A stretch of 64,000 nucleotides of DNA from the NCBI GenBank assembly GCA_965276975.1, contig CBDIBR010000009.1:53938-117937 (forward strand). The letters are read 5' to 3'. Each line of letters begins with the position of its first letter. Position 1 is the first letter of the stretch. The position numbers were made by a program, and so were the translations under genes. Origin of the DNA: Rhodopila sp. GTDB taxonomy: Bacteria; Pseudomonadota; Alphaproteobacteria; Acetobacterales; Acetobacteraceae. Under the pieces are notes generated by a model. The model was given only the letters and a program-made list of their open reading frames with translations. It was not told the DNA's origin and made no database searches. This document shows, piece after piece, positions 38,478 through 48,003 of the stretch.

Positions 38478-38691
38478 TCAGTTCTGTAACGAAATTCGCG
38501 TCGGCTGATGCTGGTCCAGCGCGTCGCACCAGCATCCATGTGTCCGATTACCGAGCGCCGCGACCGCAGCCGCGAGCCGTTCAGAATGGTTGTCGACGCA
38601 GATCGCACTGGCCCCTTCCCGCACCATGATCTCCTCGACCGATCCCATTCGCCACTGCCGTGATCAGCGCTAGCTTGTTCTGGAACCGCAT
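38478..38691 (-). pseudogene. Frameshifted, truncated SDR 5' fragment
   Basis: MRFQNKLALITAVANGIGR continues in a second frame as EIMVREGASAICVDNHSERLAAAVAALG...CDALDQ, then reaches a stop. A good RBS is present. Confidence 0.75.
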
Positions 38692-38708
38692 CGCTCCCTC
38701 CAGCTTGT

Positions 38709-39746
38709 TTAATTCAGGCGCGCGGCCTGTGCCATGACCTCGATCGCCTCGGGCTGGCGGGACCGCACGGTGATGCTGGTGGCGCCGGAGCCCTGCCACG
38801 CGCGGAACCGCTGGCGGATGCGGTCCGAGGGCCCGACGAGCGATTTCATGTCGACCCATTCATCCGGCACGGCCGCGATCGCTTCCTCCTTGCGATGCGC
38901 CAGATAGAGTTCCTGCACCCGGTCGGCGGCTTCGGCGAAGCCGCGGCGGATCATCTGGTCCTTGTGGAAGTTCTTGTCCTTGTGTCCCATGCCGCCGACG
39001 TAAAGCGCGACCTCGGGCTTTAACCGTGCGAGTGCTGCCTTCACGTCGGTCGCAACCTCGACATGGATCGATGCCTGGATCGCGAAATCCTGCAGGCTTT
39101 TATGGTTGCCGGCGCGACGGAAGCCTTCCTGCAGCCAGGGTCCATATTCGGCCATGCAGCCTGGGACAAAGCCCATCGGCAGCCAGCCGTCGGCGATTTC
39201 CGCTGTCAGCTTCACGGTCGATTCGCTGCCGGTGGCGAGGTAGATCGGAATCTCCGGGTTCATGTGCAGAATCGATTTGAGCGGCTTGCCGACGCCCGCT
39301 GCCCCCTCGCCGCTATACGGCAGACTGATCTCACGGCCGGCATGGGTCACCGGTTCCTGTCGCGCGAACACCTTGCGCATGATCGCGACGTAGTCCTTCA
39401 ACCGGTAATACGGACGTCCCCACGGTTGTCCATACCAGCCCTCGACGATCTGAGGTCCGGAGACCCCAAGCCCGGCGATGAAGCGCCCCCCGCCCGCCAT
39501 GGCGTCCACGGTGCCGGCGCACATCGCGGCGTTGGCCGGCGTGCGAGCGGCCAACTGCATGATCCCGGTTCCCAGGCGGATCTTCTTGGTTTTCGCGGCC
39601 AGGAACGCGAGCGGGGTCACGGCGTCCGAGCCGTATGCCTCGGCACTCCAGACGGAGTCGTAGCCAAGTTCCTCGGCGCGCTGCACGAGCGCGACGGGCA
39701 GGTCCATGGTTGCCTTCGAGTAGCCGATGGACAAACCAAGTTTCAT
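38709..39746 (-). CDS. LLM-class oxidoreductase, probable F420-dependent type (Rv3520c-like)
   Basis: YDSVWSAEAYGSDA, LGTGIMQLAARTP and GLGVSGPQIVEGWYG. Confidence 0.85.
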   Translation of the reverse strand: MKLGLSIGYSKATMDLPVALVQRAEELGYDSVWSAEAYGSDAVTPLAFLAAKTKKIRLGTGIMQLAARTPANAAMCAGTVDAMAGGGRFIAGLGVSGPQIVEGWYGQPWGRPYYRLKDYVAIMRKVFARQEPVTHAGREISLPYSGEGAAGVGKPLKSILHMNPEIPIYLATGSESTVKLTAEIADGWLPMGFVPGCMAEYGPWLQEGFRRAGNHKSLQDFAIQASIHVEVATDVKAALARLKPEVALYVGGMGHKDKNFHKDQMIRRGFAEAADRVQELYLAHRKEEAIAAVPDEWVDMKSLVGPSDRIRQRFRAWQGSGATSITVRSRQPEAIEVMAQAARLN

Positions 39747-39799
39747 GACAACTCCTATGCGGGACCTGGCGGTTTTTCCGCGACTACTTTGGTGCTTTA

Positions 39800-40669
39800 T
39801 CAGAACGGTTTGTCGCCGCGGATCGTCACGCGATGCATGATGCGGGTTTCGGCCGGATAGTCGTTGATGGCGAAATGCTGGGTGCAGCGGTTATCCCAGA
39901 ACGCCAGCGACCCTTGTTGCCAGCGGAAACGGCAGGTGAAGGCAGGCTGGGTCGCGTGGTTGTAGAGGTACTGAATGAGCGGCTGACTTTCTTCCTCGGT
40001 CATATTCTCGAGGTAATGCACGTGGCCGCCGATATAGAGCGACTTGCGGCCGGTCTCCGGGTGGGTGCGCACCAGCGGATGGGCCGAGGTGGTCTGCAGG
40101 TCCTTTGGCGGCTGCACCGTCGTCATCGAAATGGTCGCGGCGTTGTGCGCGAGGCGGGAGACACCGCCCTTCTTCTTGTCCCCGACGCAGACGCCGCGGA
40201 TGCCAGAGATCAGCTGCTTCATACCGTCCGAAAGCGTGTCGTAGGCCAGGTATTGGTTGGAGAACATCGTGTCGCCGCCGGCCTGCGGCACCTGCTTGGC
40301 CCACAGCATGGTGCCGAGTGCCGGTTGCGGGGCGAACATCTGATCGGTATGCCAGTCGCCGCCGAAGTTGCGCTTGTCGGCGGGTTTCTTGACCAGCTCC
40401 AGCACTTCCGGATGGTCCGGCATGCCGGCCATGAACGGGTGCATGTGGATCTCCCCCCAGCGGCGGGCGAAGGCCAGCAGGGTGGCGGGGGTCATGTCCT
40501 GATCACGAAAGAAGATGACCAGGTTTTCCAGCAGCGCTGCGCGGATTTCCGCCAGCACCGCGTCATCGATCGGCTGGGCCAGGTTGACGCCGCTGACCTC
40601 GGCACCGAGCGAGCCGGCGATCCGGTGGGTTTCGATGTAGCGAAAGCGGTTGTGTTGCGTGCCGTCCAT
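39800..40669 (-). CDS. TauD/TfdA family Fe(II)/2-oxoglutarate dioxygenase
   Basis: WHTD (HXD), GGDTMF, HPLVRTHPETG and WDNRCTQH. Confidence 0.93.
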   Translation of the reverse strand: MDGTQHNRFRYIETHRIAGSLGAEVSGVNLAQPIDDAVLAEIRAALLENLVIFFRDQDMTPATLLAFARRWGEIHMHPFMAGMPDHPEVLELVKKPADKRNFGGDWHTDQMFAPQPALGTMLWAKQVPQAGGDTMFSNQYLAYDTLSDGMKQLISGIRGVCVGDKKKGGVSRLAHNAATISMTTVQPPKDLQTTSAHPLVRTHPETGRKSLYIGGHVHYLENMTEEESQPLIQYLYNHATQPAFTCRFRWQQGSLAFWDNRCTQHFAINDYPAETRIMHRVTIRGDKPF

Positions 40670-40729
40670 CAGCGGAGCCTCCCGTTTCTTTCGCGGATGT
40701 TCGCGCGAAACCGCCGCCATGCAAAGAGC

Positions 40730-41126
40730 GGCGGGTTATTCGCCCGGCCGTCGCCAGTCGTTCCTTCTCGACCATCCGTTGCTTGAGCTGTTGAGGGGTC
40801 ATCCAGACGATATCTTCGTTCTGGTGCGCGTAGAGGTCATATCGTTCGGTATCCAGATCCTCCAACAGGATGCGTCCGGCCGGAACATCCTGCTTCCACG
40901 CATGCTGTGCCGCCTGTCGGTCATGGAGCTCCAGCATCACTTCCCTGGCGAACAGATCGAGGCTTTCGCAGATATCCCGGTGGCTGGTCCTTCCAGCCTG
41001 GTTCAGCGGGATTACCTGATCGACATGCGCCGCCTCGAACTGGCGCAAGCGCTGGCAGATGGTTTCCGGTGAACCGATTAGACCGTTGCGCAAGGCGAGC
41101 TGCGCTTTCTCGGTATGGCGCCGCAT
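40730..41126 (-). pseudogene. C-terminal remnant of an LLM-class oxidoreductase
   Basis: LIGSPETICQRLRQFEAAHVDQVI and ESLDLFAREVM match the LLM C-terminus, and no N-terminal barrel is present. Boundaries are approximate. Confidence 0.7.
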
Positions 41127-41200
41127 CGGGCGTCAAGGTTGCGCCGCCCGGGGCACGCGCCTAGCTTTGGCGGAACGACAAACCAGGGGAGAGACGAACC

Positions 41201-42358
41201 ATGAAACTGCGCGGCGCGCTGCTGATGTCCTACGCCCTTGTGGCGGCCACGCCGTCGTTCGCCGGCACCCATGACATCCTGATCGGGCTCGACGCAAAGA
41301 TCACCTATGGGCCCGACGGCCAGGTGAACAACGCACCCGGCAAGGACGCAGTCCTGGTCATGGACGTTTCCAATCCCGCCAAACCGCACATTCGCGCCTC
41401 GCTCGCACTGAGCAACTCGCTGCTCGGGCCACCGACCAACCTGCAGATCACACCTGACGGCAAGCTGGCGCTGGTAGCGAGTTCGGTGGTGACGAAGCAG
41501 GATGGCAGCGCGTGGAAGACCGCGCCGGACAACAAGCTGTTCGTGATTGATCTAGACGTCAATCCGCCGAAGCTGACCGATACTGTTGCGGTCGGCACGC
41601 AGCCCTCTGGCATCGCGATTTCCCACAGTGGCGATCTGGCGCTGACCGCGAACCGCGCCGGCAAGAGCGTCTCGGTGTTGTCGATCCGAAACGGTGAAGT
41701 GAAGTCATTGGGCGATGTCGCGCTGGGCGACCAGGCAGCCGCCGTGGTCATCGCACCGGACGGCAAACGCGCCTTCGTCTGCCTGAACCTGGTCAACAAG
41801 ATCGCGGTGCTGACGATCGACGGGCAAAAGGTGACCTATGACAGGGCGATGGACGTTCCGTCCGCGATCAACCCCTACAACATCGACATCACGCCAGACG
41901 GCAAGTACGTCATCGCCTCCAACACCGGCGGGATGCAGAACAACGCCGACGCCGAGGTTGTGATCGAAGCCAATGGCCCACACCCGCACGTTGTCGACAT
42001 CATGAGCCCTGGCAGCGGGCCGGAAGGCTTTGCCATCGCACCCAACGGCAAAACCGCCGCGGCTCCGCTGCTGCTGGGTTCGGGTGCGAAAGCGAACGAC
42101 TGGTTCAAGACCAAGGGCGGTTCGTTGGCGGTGATGTCCATTGGCCCTGCCGGCAAGCTGATGGTCACCGGCAAAGCGCCGCTGGGTGCCCTGCCGGAGG
42201 GCATCGCCTACAGCCCGAACAGCGATTATATTTACGTCGGTAACTACATCGACAAGGATCTGCAGGTGTTCCATCTGGTCAACGGCAAGCCGGTGCAGGT
42301 TGGTGCGAGCATCAAGCTGCCTGGCCAGCCGGCGTCGATGCGCGGTTTGGCACGGTAG
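41201..42358 (+). CDS. Secreted YncE/YVTN-type beta-propeller protein
   Basis: Signal peptide followed by repeated blades (ITPDGK, IAPDGK, FAIAPNGK, IAYSPNS). Confidence 0.82.
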   Translation: MKLRGALLMSYALVAATPSFAGTHDILIGLDAKITYGPDGQVNNAPGKDAVLVMDVSNPAKPHIRASLALSNSLLGPPTNLQITPDGKLALVASSVVTKQDGSAWKTAPDNKLFVIDLDVNPPKLTDTVAVGTQPSGIAISHSGDLALTANRAGKSVSVLSIRNGEVKSLGDVALGDQAAAVVIAPDGKRAFVCLNLVNKIAVLTIDGQKVTYDRAMDVPSAINPYNIDITPDGKYVIASNTGGMQNNADAEVVIEANGPHPHVVDIMSPGSGPEGFAIAPNGKTAAAPLLLGSGAKANDWFKTKGGSLAVMSIGPAGKLMVTGKAPLGALPEGIAYSPNSDYIYVGNYIDKDLQVFHLVNGKPVQVGASIKLPGQPASMRGLAR

Positions 42359-42369
42359 TGCCGGGTGGT

Positions 42370-42471
42370 CTAGTATTGGGCATCAGACGCCGCTGTTCGT
42401 CTGAAGTCGCCGACGCACACGGCGAAACGCGGCCGCTTCGCGTCTCCCGCTGCTCTGCGATCGGGGACTGG
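42370..42471. repeat. Structured dispersed repeat (family B), copy 2
   Basis: Homologous to 31896-31998, including the identical 27-mer CGGCGAAACGCGGCCGCTTCGCGTCTC. Confidence 0.85.
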
Positions 42472-42513
42472 CGTGAATGACGAGATGATCAACAATGCTG
42501 GGGAGGAACCGCC

Positions 42514-43443
42514 ATGAAGCTGGCGTTTTTTGATGACTTCAAACTGGGCGTGGTCAAGGGCGATGCGATCCATGACGTCTCGGCCACTGTCAGGGACATC
42601 CCCCATGTCGGCCCGGGCGACCTGGTCAGCGGACTGATCGCGAACTTCGGTAGCTACCGTGCGAAGCTGGAAGTCGCGACGAGTGGGCCGGGCGCGAAGC
42701 TTGCCGATGTCCGCATCCGGCCGCCGCTGCCGAAGCCGGGCAATATCGTCTGCATGGCGGTCAACTACATGGAAGACGGCACGCTGGCGAAGCCCGCGCC
42801 GATCAACGCCTTTCACAAGGCGCCGACGGCGATCATCGGGCCGGGGGATACGATGGTGCTGCCGGATGTACCTGCGACGATCTTTGAAGGCGAGGCCGAA
42901 ATGGCCGTTGTCATCGGCAAGCGTGCGACAAAAGTGGCCGCCGCCGATGCGATGGACTACGTGTTCGGCTACATCAACTTCATTGACGGGTCGGCGCGCG
43001 GTCTGCCGCCGGCTGGCAACGTGTTCTTCCAGATGAAGTCCCGTGACACGTTCGCGCCGATCGGTCCGTACCTGGTAACCAAGGACGAGATTGAGGGCCC
43101 ACAGAAATTGCCGATCAAGCTTTGGGTGAACGGCGAACTCAAGCAGTCCTTCAACACCGATGACATGGCGCACAACATCGGCCGCTGCATCGAGTGGGCG
43201 ACCTCGATCCACACACTGGAACCGGGCGACATCCTGGCCACCGGCACCAACCATCGCGGGCTGTCCAGTTTCATGGATGGCGACGTGGTGGAACTGGAAA
43301 CCCAGGGATTGGGCAAACTTCGTTTCAACATCCGCGACGAACTGAAACGCACGTGGTCACGGGAAACCCGATTGGACCGGCAGCAGAAGAATGAAGAGGG
43401 ACCCACTCATCAGTTGACCGGCAAGTACGCGAAAACGGCATGA
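42514..43443 (+). CDS. Fumarylacetoacetate hydrolase family protein
   Basis: FEGEAEMAVVIGK, KSRDTFAPIGP and LEPGDILATGT. Confidence 0.9.
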   Translation: MKLAFFDDFKLGVVKGDAIHDVSATVRDIPHVGPGDLVSGLIANFGSYRAKLEVATSGPGAKLADVRIRPPLPKPGNIVCMAVNYMEDGTLAKPAPINAFHKAPTAIIGPGDTMVLPDVPATIFEGEAEMAVVIGKRATKVAAADAMDYVFGYINFIDGSARGLPPAGNVFFQMKSRDTFAPIGPYLVTKDEIEGPQKLPIKLWVNGELKQSFNTDDMAHNIGRCIEWATSIHTLEPGDILATGTNHRGLSSFMDGDVVELETQGLGKLRFNIRDELKRTWSRETRLDRQQKNEEGPTHQLTGKYAKTA

Positions 43444-43754
43444 CGGCCTACCTTGTCGTCCGCGCGGTCGTTGCCGATCCGGCGGATCGAGCCCGGTTCG
43501 ACCACTGGTATCGAACCGAGCACCTGCCGGATGCACTGAAGGCATTCAATGCGGTGTCGGCGATGCGCGGATGGAGCACGGCCGATCCGTCGGTTCACAC
43601 CGCGTACTATCGCTTCGACACCCTGGACGCGGTACAGGCGGTTAGTGAAAGTCCCGCGATCAATGCGCTGATCGCCGAGTTCGACCGGGTCTGGGACACG
43701 CGCGTTATCCGCACGCGCGACATTGTTCTAATCGAGGACGAACTGAAAGGATGA
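43440..43754 (+). CDS. Small EthD-like/dimeric alpha-beta barrel protein
   Basis: FDHWYRTEHLPDA pattern; the start overlaps the FAH stop. Confidence 0.65.
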   Translation: MTAYLVVRAVVADPADRARFDHWYRTEHLPDALKAFNAVSAMRGWSTADPSVHTAYYRFDTLDAVQAVSESPAINALIAEFDRVWDTRVIRTRDIVLIEDELKG

Positions 43755-43757
43755 CCC

Positions 43758-44648
43758 ATGGCAGACGCTGAGATCGCCAAACTGCGGGAGGTTATCGCCG
43801 CGCGTCCGCGGGCATCCGACCTCGTGCAGATGCGGCTTGATTCCGATACCCGTGGCAGGGCGATGGGACTGCCGGCCGATGTGACCGTGCAGCCCGTTGT
43901 CGCCAACGGTGTGAAGGCGGAATGGACAGCGACACCGGATGCCAATCCTTCCAATGTCATCCTGTATCTGCATGGCGGCGGCTACGTCACCTGCTCCTTG
44001 GAAAGCCACCGCCATCTGGTGGCCGAGGTCGGACGTTCGGCGGCAGCACGGACACTGGCGATCGATTATCGTCTGGCGCCGGAACATCCATTTCCGGCAC
44101 CGGTGGAAGACACCGTGGCGGCGTATCGGTATTTGCTCGACAGCGGGGTAACGCCCAACCGCATTGCCTTCGCCGGGGACAGCGCCGGCGGCGGCCTGGT
44201 CGCGGGGTCGATGCTGGCGATCCGCGAGGCCGGGTTGCCGCTGCCGGCGTGCGGCTGGTGCATTTCCCCGTGGGTGGATATGGAGGCGCTGGGTGCATCG
44301 TTCGTCGACCGAGCCCAGACCGATCCAACCGTGCAGAAGGAAACCATCCAGATGATGGCGGGATGGTATCTGGGCGGCGGCGACCCGCGGCATCCTCATG
44401 TTGCCCCGATCTACGGCGATCTTCGCGGCATGCCGCCTTTGCTGATCCAGGTGGGGGCGGTGGAAACGCTGCTGGATGATTCGATCGCGCTGGCCCGCAA
44501 GGCCGGGATCGCCGACGTCATCGTCGATTTACAGATCTGGCCCGAAATGATCCACATCTGGCATCTCTATTTCCCCATGCTGACGGCCGGCCGGCGTGCC
44601 ATCGCCGCCGGCGGGTGTTTCATCCGTGATGCGATAAAAGGAGACTAG
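43758..44648 (+). CDS. Alpha/beta hydrolase (HSL-family esterase)
   Basis: HGGGY, GDSAGGGL, LLDD and EMIHIW. Confidence 0.92.
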   Translation: MADAEIAKLREVIAARPRASDLVQMRLDSDTRGRAMGLPADVTVQPVVANGVKAEWTATPDANPSNVILYLHGGGYVTCSLESHRHLVAEVGRSAAARTLAIDYRLAPEHPFPAPVEDTVAAYRYLLDSGVTPNRIAFAGDSAGGGLVAGSMLAIREAGLPLPACGWCISPWVDMEALGASFVDRAQTDPTVQKETIQMMAGWYLGGGDPRHPHVAPIYGDLRGMPPLLIQVGAVETLLDDSIALARKAGIADVIVDLQIWPEMIHIWHLYFPMLTAGRRAIAAGGCFIRDAIKGD

Positions 44649-44652
44649 CTCA

Positions 44653-45564
44653 ATGGATATTCGTTTCGACGACCGGGTGGCGATCGTGACCGGTGCCGGC
44701 GCGGGCCTGGGACGTCAGCATGCGCTGCTGCTGGCGTCACGCGGCGCCAAGGTGGTGGTGAATGATCCGGGCGGATCGGTCGACGGCACCGGCGGCGCCC
44801 ATGCCGCGGCGGACGCGGTGGTGACACAGATCAAGGAGGCCGGCGGCGAGGCCGTGGCGTCGTATGCATCGGTGGCGGAAGAGGACGCGGCACAGAGCAT
44901 CATCGACACCGCGGTGAACACCTGGGGCCGGCTGGATATCTTGGTGAACAACGCCGGCATCCTGCGCGACAAGGCATTCAACAACATGTCCATGGCGGAC
45001 TACGAGTTCGTCAACCAGGTGCATCATTTCGGCACCGTATATTGTATCAAGGCCGCGTGGCCGATCATGCGCAAGCAGTCCTATGGCCGGATTGTCGTTA
45101 CGACCTCGGGATCCGGAACGGTGGGCAATTTCGGTCAGGCCAACTATGGCGCCGCGAAGATGGCGGTCAACGGGCTGATCAACGTGCTGCGGCATGAAGG
45201 TGGCAAGTACAACATCCGCTGCAACGCGATCTCGCCGTCGGCCTATACGCGGATGACGGAATCGCTGCTGCCGCCGGACATCGCGCCGTGGATGAAGCCC
45301 GAGCTGGTGTCGCCCGCCGTCGCCTGGCTGTGCAGCGAGGCGTGCGACCAGAACGGCGAGATCATCGCCGCCACCGCCGGCGGTTACGCCAGGGTGCAGT
45401 ATTTCGTCAGTGAAGGCGCCCAGTTCGATCCCGCGGAACCGGTGACGATCGAGATGGTGCGGGACCAGCTGGGCAAGATCCGCGATCTATCGGACGCGAA
45501 ACCGTATTTCGGCATGATGGGCAACGTCGTGGAGAAGCTGCGGGAGATGGGGCGGATCAAGTAG
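44653..45564 (+). CDS. SDR oxidoreductase (MFE-2/hydroxyacyl-CoA dehydrogenase-like)
   Basis: TGAGAGLG, VVVNDPGG, NNAGILRD and GQANYGAAK. Confidence 0.92.
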   Translation: MDIRFDDRVAIVTGAGAGLGRQHALLLASRGAKVVVNDPGGSVDGTGGAHAAADAVVTQIKEAGGEAVASYASVAEEDAAQSIIDTAVNTWGRLDILVNNAGILRDKAFNNMSMADYEFVNQVHHFGTVYCIKAAWPIMRKQSYGRIVVTTSGSGTVGNFGQANYGAAKMAVNGLINVLRHEGGKYNIRCNAISPSAYTRMTESLLPPDIAPWMKPELVSPAVAWLCSEACDQNGEIIAATAGGYARVQYFVSEGAQFDPAEPVTIEMVRDQLGKIRDLSDAKPYFGMMGNVVEKLREMGRIK

Positions 45565-45773
45565 CGGCGACCATCCGATGTCCTGCGACGGAGGCGGCGA
45601 ACCGCTGCTGTTTGCTGCCGTTGGTGTGGTGTTCTGGTGGACAAAACGATCAGGGTTGGGTCAGGCCTGGTTGACGCGGCCACGGCCAACGTAGCGGTTT
45701 CCAATTCCACACAATCCTGCCTAAGCTTCGTTCCAGAGTGCGGCCTTGAGAGCAACGCCTGAGGGAGGACGGA

Positions 45774-47099
45774 ATGGGACAGACCGCCACGGCGACCGCA
45801 TGGGCGTGGATGCGCGAAATCACCCGATACCAGTGGATGATCTTCCTGATCGCGTGGCTGGGATGGTCGCTGGACAACACCGATTTCGGCCTGTTCGCGC
45901 TGGTCTTGCGGCCGGCGATGACCGAGCTGCTTGGTGGCCACCCGACGGCTTCGGACATTGGCCGCGTCGGCGGCTTTGTCAGCATGGCCGGGCTGCTGGG
46001 GTGGGCATTCGGCGGCTTCTTTTTCGGCATCCTGGGCGATTACTTCGGCCGCGTGCGAACCTTGATGTTGAGTGTGGTGCTGGTCGCCATCTTCACCGCG
46101 CTGCAGGGCTTCACCCACAGCACATTGACATTCGGCATCTGCCGCGTGCTGACCGGCGTCGGCACCGGCGCGGAGCTTGTCGTGGGCATTCCGATGGTCG
46201 CCGAGGCGTTCGCCGATGCGCATCGCGCCAAGGTGCTGGGCGTCATGATGACCGGTGGCGGCTTCGGCAGCCTGCTCGGTGGCCAGCTTTATGCGTGGGT
46301 CGGGCCTTATGGCTGGCGCTATGTGATGTTCACCGGGGTGCTTCCCGCGGTGATCGTTTTCCTGGTGGCCCGGGGTCTTGCAGAACCGGAGCATTTCCAG
46401 GTGGCGCATGCCAGGCGGGCCGCTATCCGGGCGCAGCGCGAACGCTCCCTCGCGGACAAGGAGTATATGCGGTTCGCACCGGCGCAGTTGTTTGCGCCGA
46501 CGCTGCGTTACACCACGTTCATCGGCGTGCTGTTCTGCGTCGGCACGCTGCTGGCGATCTGGACGAGCGCGATCTGGCTGCCGACGATCCAGGGCCAGTT
46601 GCTGGCCAGGCAGGGCATCACCGGACCATTGGCGGCGCCCTTCATCGGGCACGGCATGGAGCTGTGGGGTCTGGGCGGCATCATCGGCTACGCGGCGTTC
46701 GGCTTCATCGCCGACAAGGTGGGACGGCGTGCGACGATCATCTTCTACAACGTCGGGACGATCGTCGTCGGCCTGTATATGTATCTGTGGGTGGACACGT
46801 ATGACCTGTATCCCTACCTGCTACCGGTGTTCGGCTATTTCGTGTTCGGGGTATTCTCGGGTCATGCGGTGTATCTGCCGGAACTCTTCCCAACGCATGT
46901 GCGTGCAACGGCTGTCTCGTTCTGCAATGGCTCCGGACGCGTGATTACCAGCTTCGGGCCATTGACAGCCGGGCTACTGGCGGCTTCGTTCCACGGCGCC
47001 TTCAACCAGGCGACCGCGGTGATGACCTGCTTCGCCGGTTTGAGCATCGTGGCGGCGCTGCTGGGGCGGGAGACCAAGGATGAAGCTCTGCCGAAATAG
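45774..47099 (+). CDS. MFS transporter
   Basis: Twelve TM segments; GDYFGRVR, ADKVGRR and PELFPTHVRA. Confidence 0.92.
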   Translation: MGQTATATAWAWMREITRYQWMIFLIAWLGWSLDNTDFGLFALVLRPAMTELLGGHPTASDIGRVGGFVSMAGLLGWAFGGFFFGILGDYFGRVRTLMLSVVLVAIFTALQGFTHSTLTFGICRVLTGVGTGAELVVGIPMVAEAFADAHRAKVLGVMMTGGGFGSLLGGQLYAWVGPYGWRYVMFTGVLPAVIVFLVARGLAEPEHFQVAHARRAAIRAQRERSLADKEYMRFAPAQLFAPTLRYTTFIGVLFCVGTLLAIWTSAIWLPTIQGQLLARQGITGPLAAPFIGHGMELWGLGGIIGYAAFGFIADKVGRRATIIFYNVGTIVVGLYMYLWVDTYDLYPYLLPVFGYFVFGVFSGHAVYLPELFPTHVRATAVSFCNGSGRVITSFGPLTAGLLAASFHGAFNQATAVMTCFAGLSIVAALLGRETKDEALPK

Positions 47100-47138
47100 T
47101 CGATGCCATGTTGCGACCGCGCAGTCAGGAGAGAAAGC

Positions 47139-47876
47139 ATGATCAGGCTGTCGATCGCCGTGCCGGCCGGATTGGCGCTTGCTATCGGGGGGCTTTCTAT
47201 TGGGGGCCTTGCCCTCGGGCCGCTTACCCTGGGGGTGGCGCAGGCGGAGAATGCGGGTCATGCCTTGCCGCCGCCGGCCGCGGATGCGACGCCGAGCGGT
47301 GGCGGTTCCGAGACGGCGGTTTTCTCCGGTGGCTGCTTTTGGGGCGTGCAGGGCGTGTTCCAGCATGTGAGGGGGGTCACGCGGGCGGTTTCGGGCTACG
47401 CGGGCGGTCACGTCGCCAACCCGGACTACCAGCAGGTCAGTTCAGGCGACACCGGCCATGCGGAGTCGGTTCGCGTGACGTTCGATCCGGCTCAGGTCAG
47501 CTACGGCACGCTGCTGCGGATCTTCTTCTCGGTGGCGCTTGATCCCACGCAGAAGGACCGGCAGGGTCCCGATTGGGGATCGCAATACCGTTCGGAATTG
47601 TTCGTGAACGGGCCGGAGCAGGAGCGGATCGCCAGGGCCTATGTCGCGCAGCTCGACGCAGCCCATGCGTTCGGCCGTCCGATCGTCACGCGGATCGATC
47701 CCGCCGGGCCGTTCTACCCGGCCGAGGCGTATCATCAGGACTACCTCGATCGGCACCCTGACGCGCCGTACATCGCGATCAACGATCTGCCGAAGGTTCA
47801 GGCCCTGCAGACGTTGTTTCCGGGACAGTGGCAGTCAACGCCGGTCACGGTCGGCAAGCTTGCCTCCGGCGATTGA
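47139..47876 (+). CDS. msrA: Peptide-methionine (S)-S-oxide reductase with N-terminal signal peptide
   Basis: GGCFWG, GHAESV and FYPAEAYHQDY. Confidence 0.95.
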   Translation: MIRLSIAVPAGLALAIGGLSIGGLALGPLTLGVAQAENAGHALPPPAADATPSGGGSETAVFSGGCFWGVQGVFQHVRGVTRAVSGYAGGHVANPDYQQVSSGDTGHAESVRVTFDPAQVSYGTLLRIFFSVALDPTQKDRQGPDWGSQYRSELFVNGPEQERIARAYVAQLDAAHAFGRPIVTRIDPAGPFYPAEAYHQDYLDRHPDAPYIAINDLPKVQALQTLFPGQWQSTPVTVGKLASGD

Positions 47877-47962
47877 GCGCGCTCGCTTCAGGGTGAAGCG
47901 GTCACGTCCTGTTCGAGAAGGCGATCGACGTCCGAAGTTGGTCCAACCTCGGACGATCGTCA
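47875..47962. repeat. Family A palindromic repeat, intergenic copy
   Basis: 47875-47910 matches 17222-17257 at 26/36 and 47915-47959 matches 17272-17316 at 36/45. Internal hairpins are CGCTTCA-GGG-TGAAGCG and GTCCGAAGTTG-GTC-CAACCTCGGAC. Confidence 0.85.
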
Positions 47963-48003
47963 TGTGGGCGGATATCGCCGTTGGGCAGCCGACCTGGACG
48001 GGA

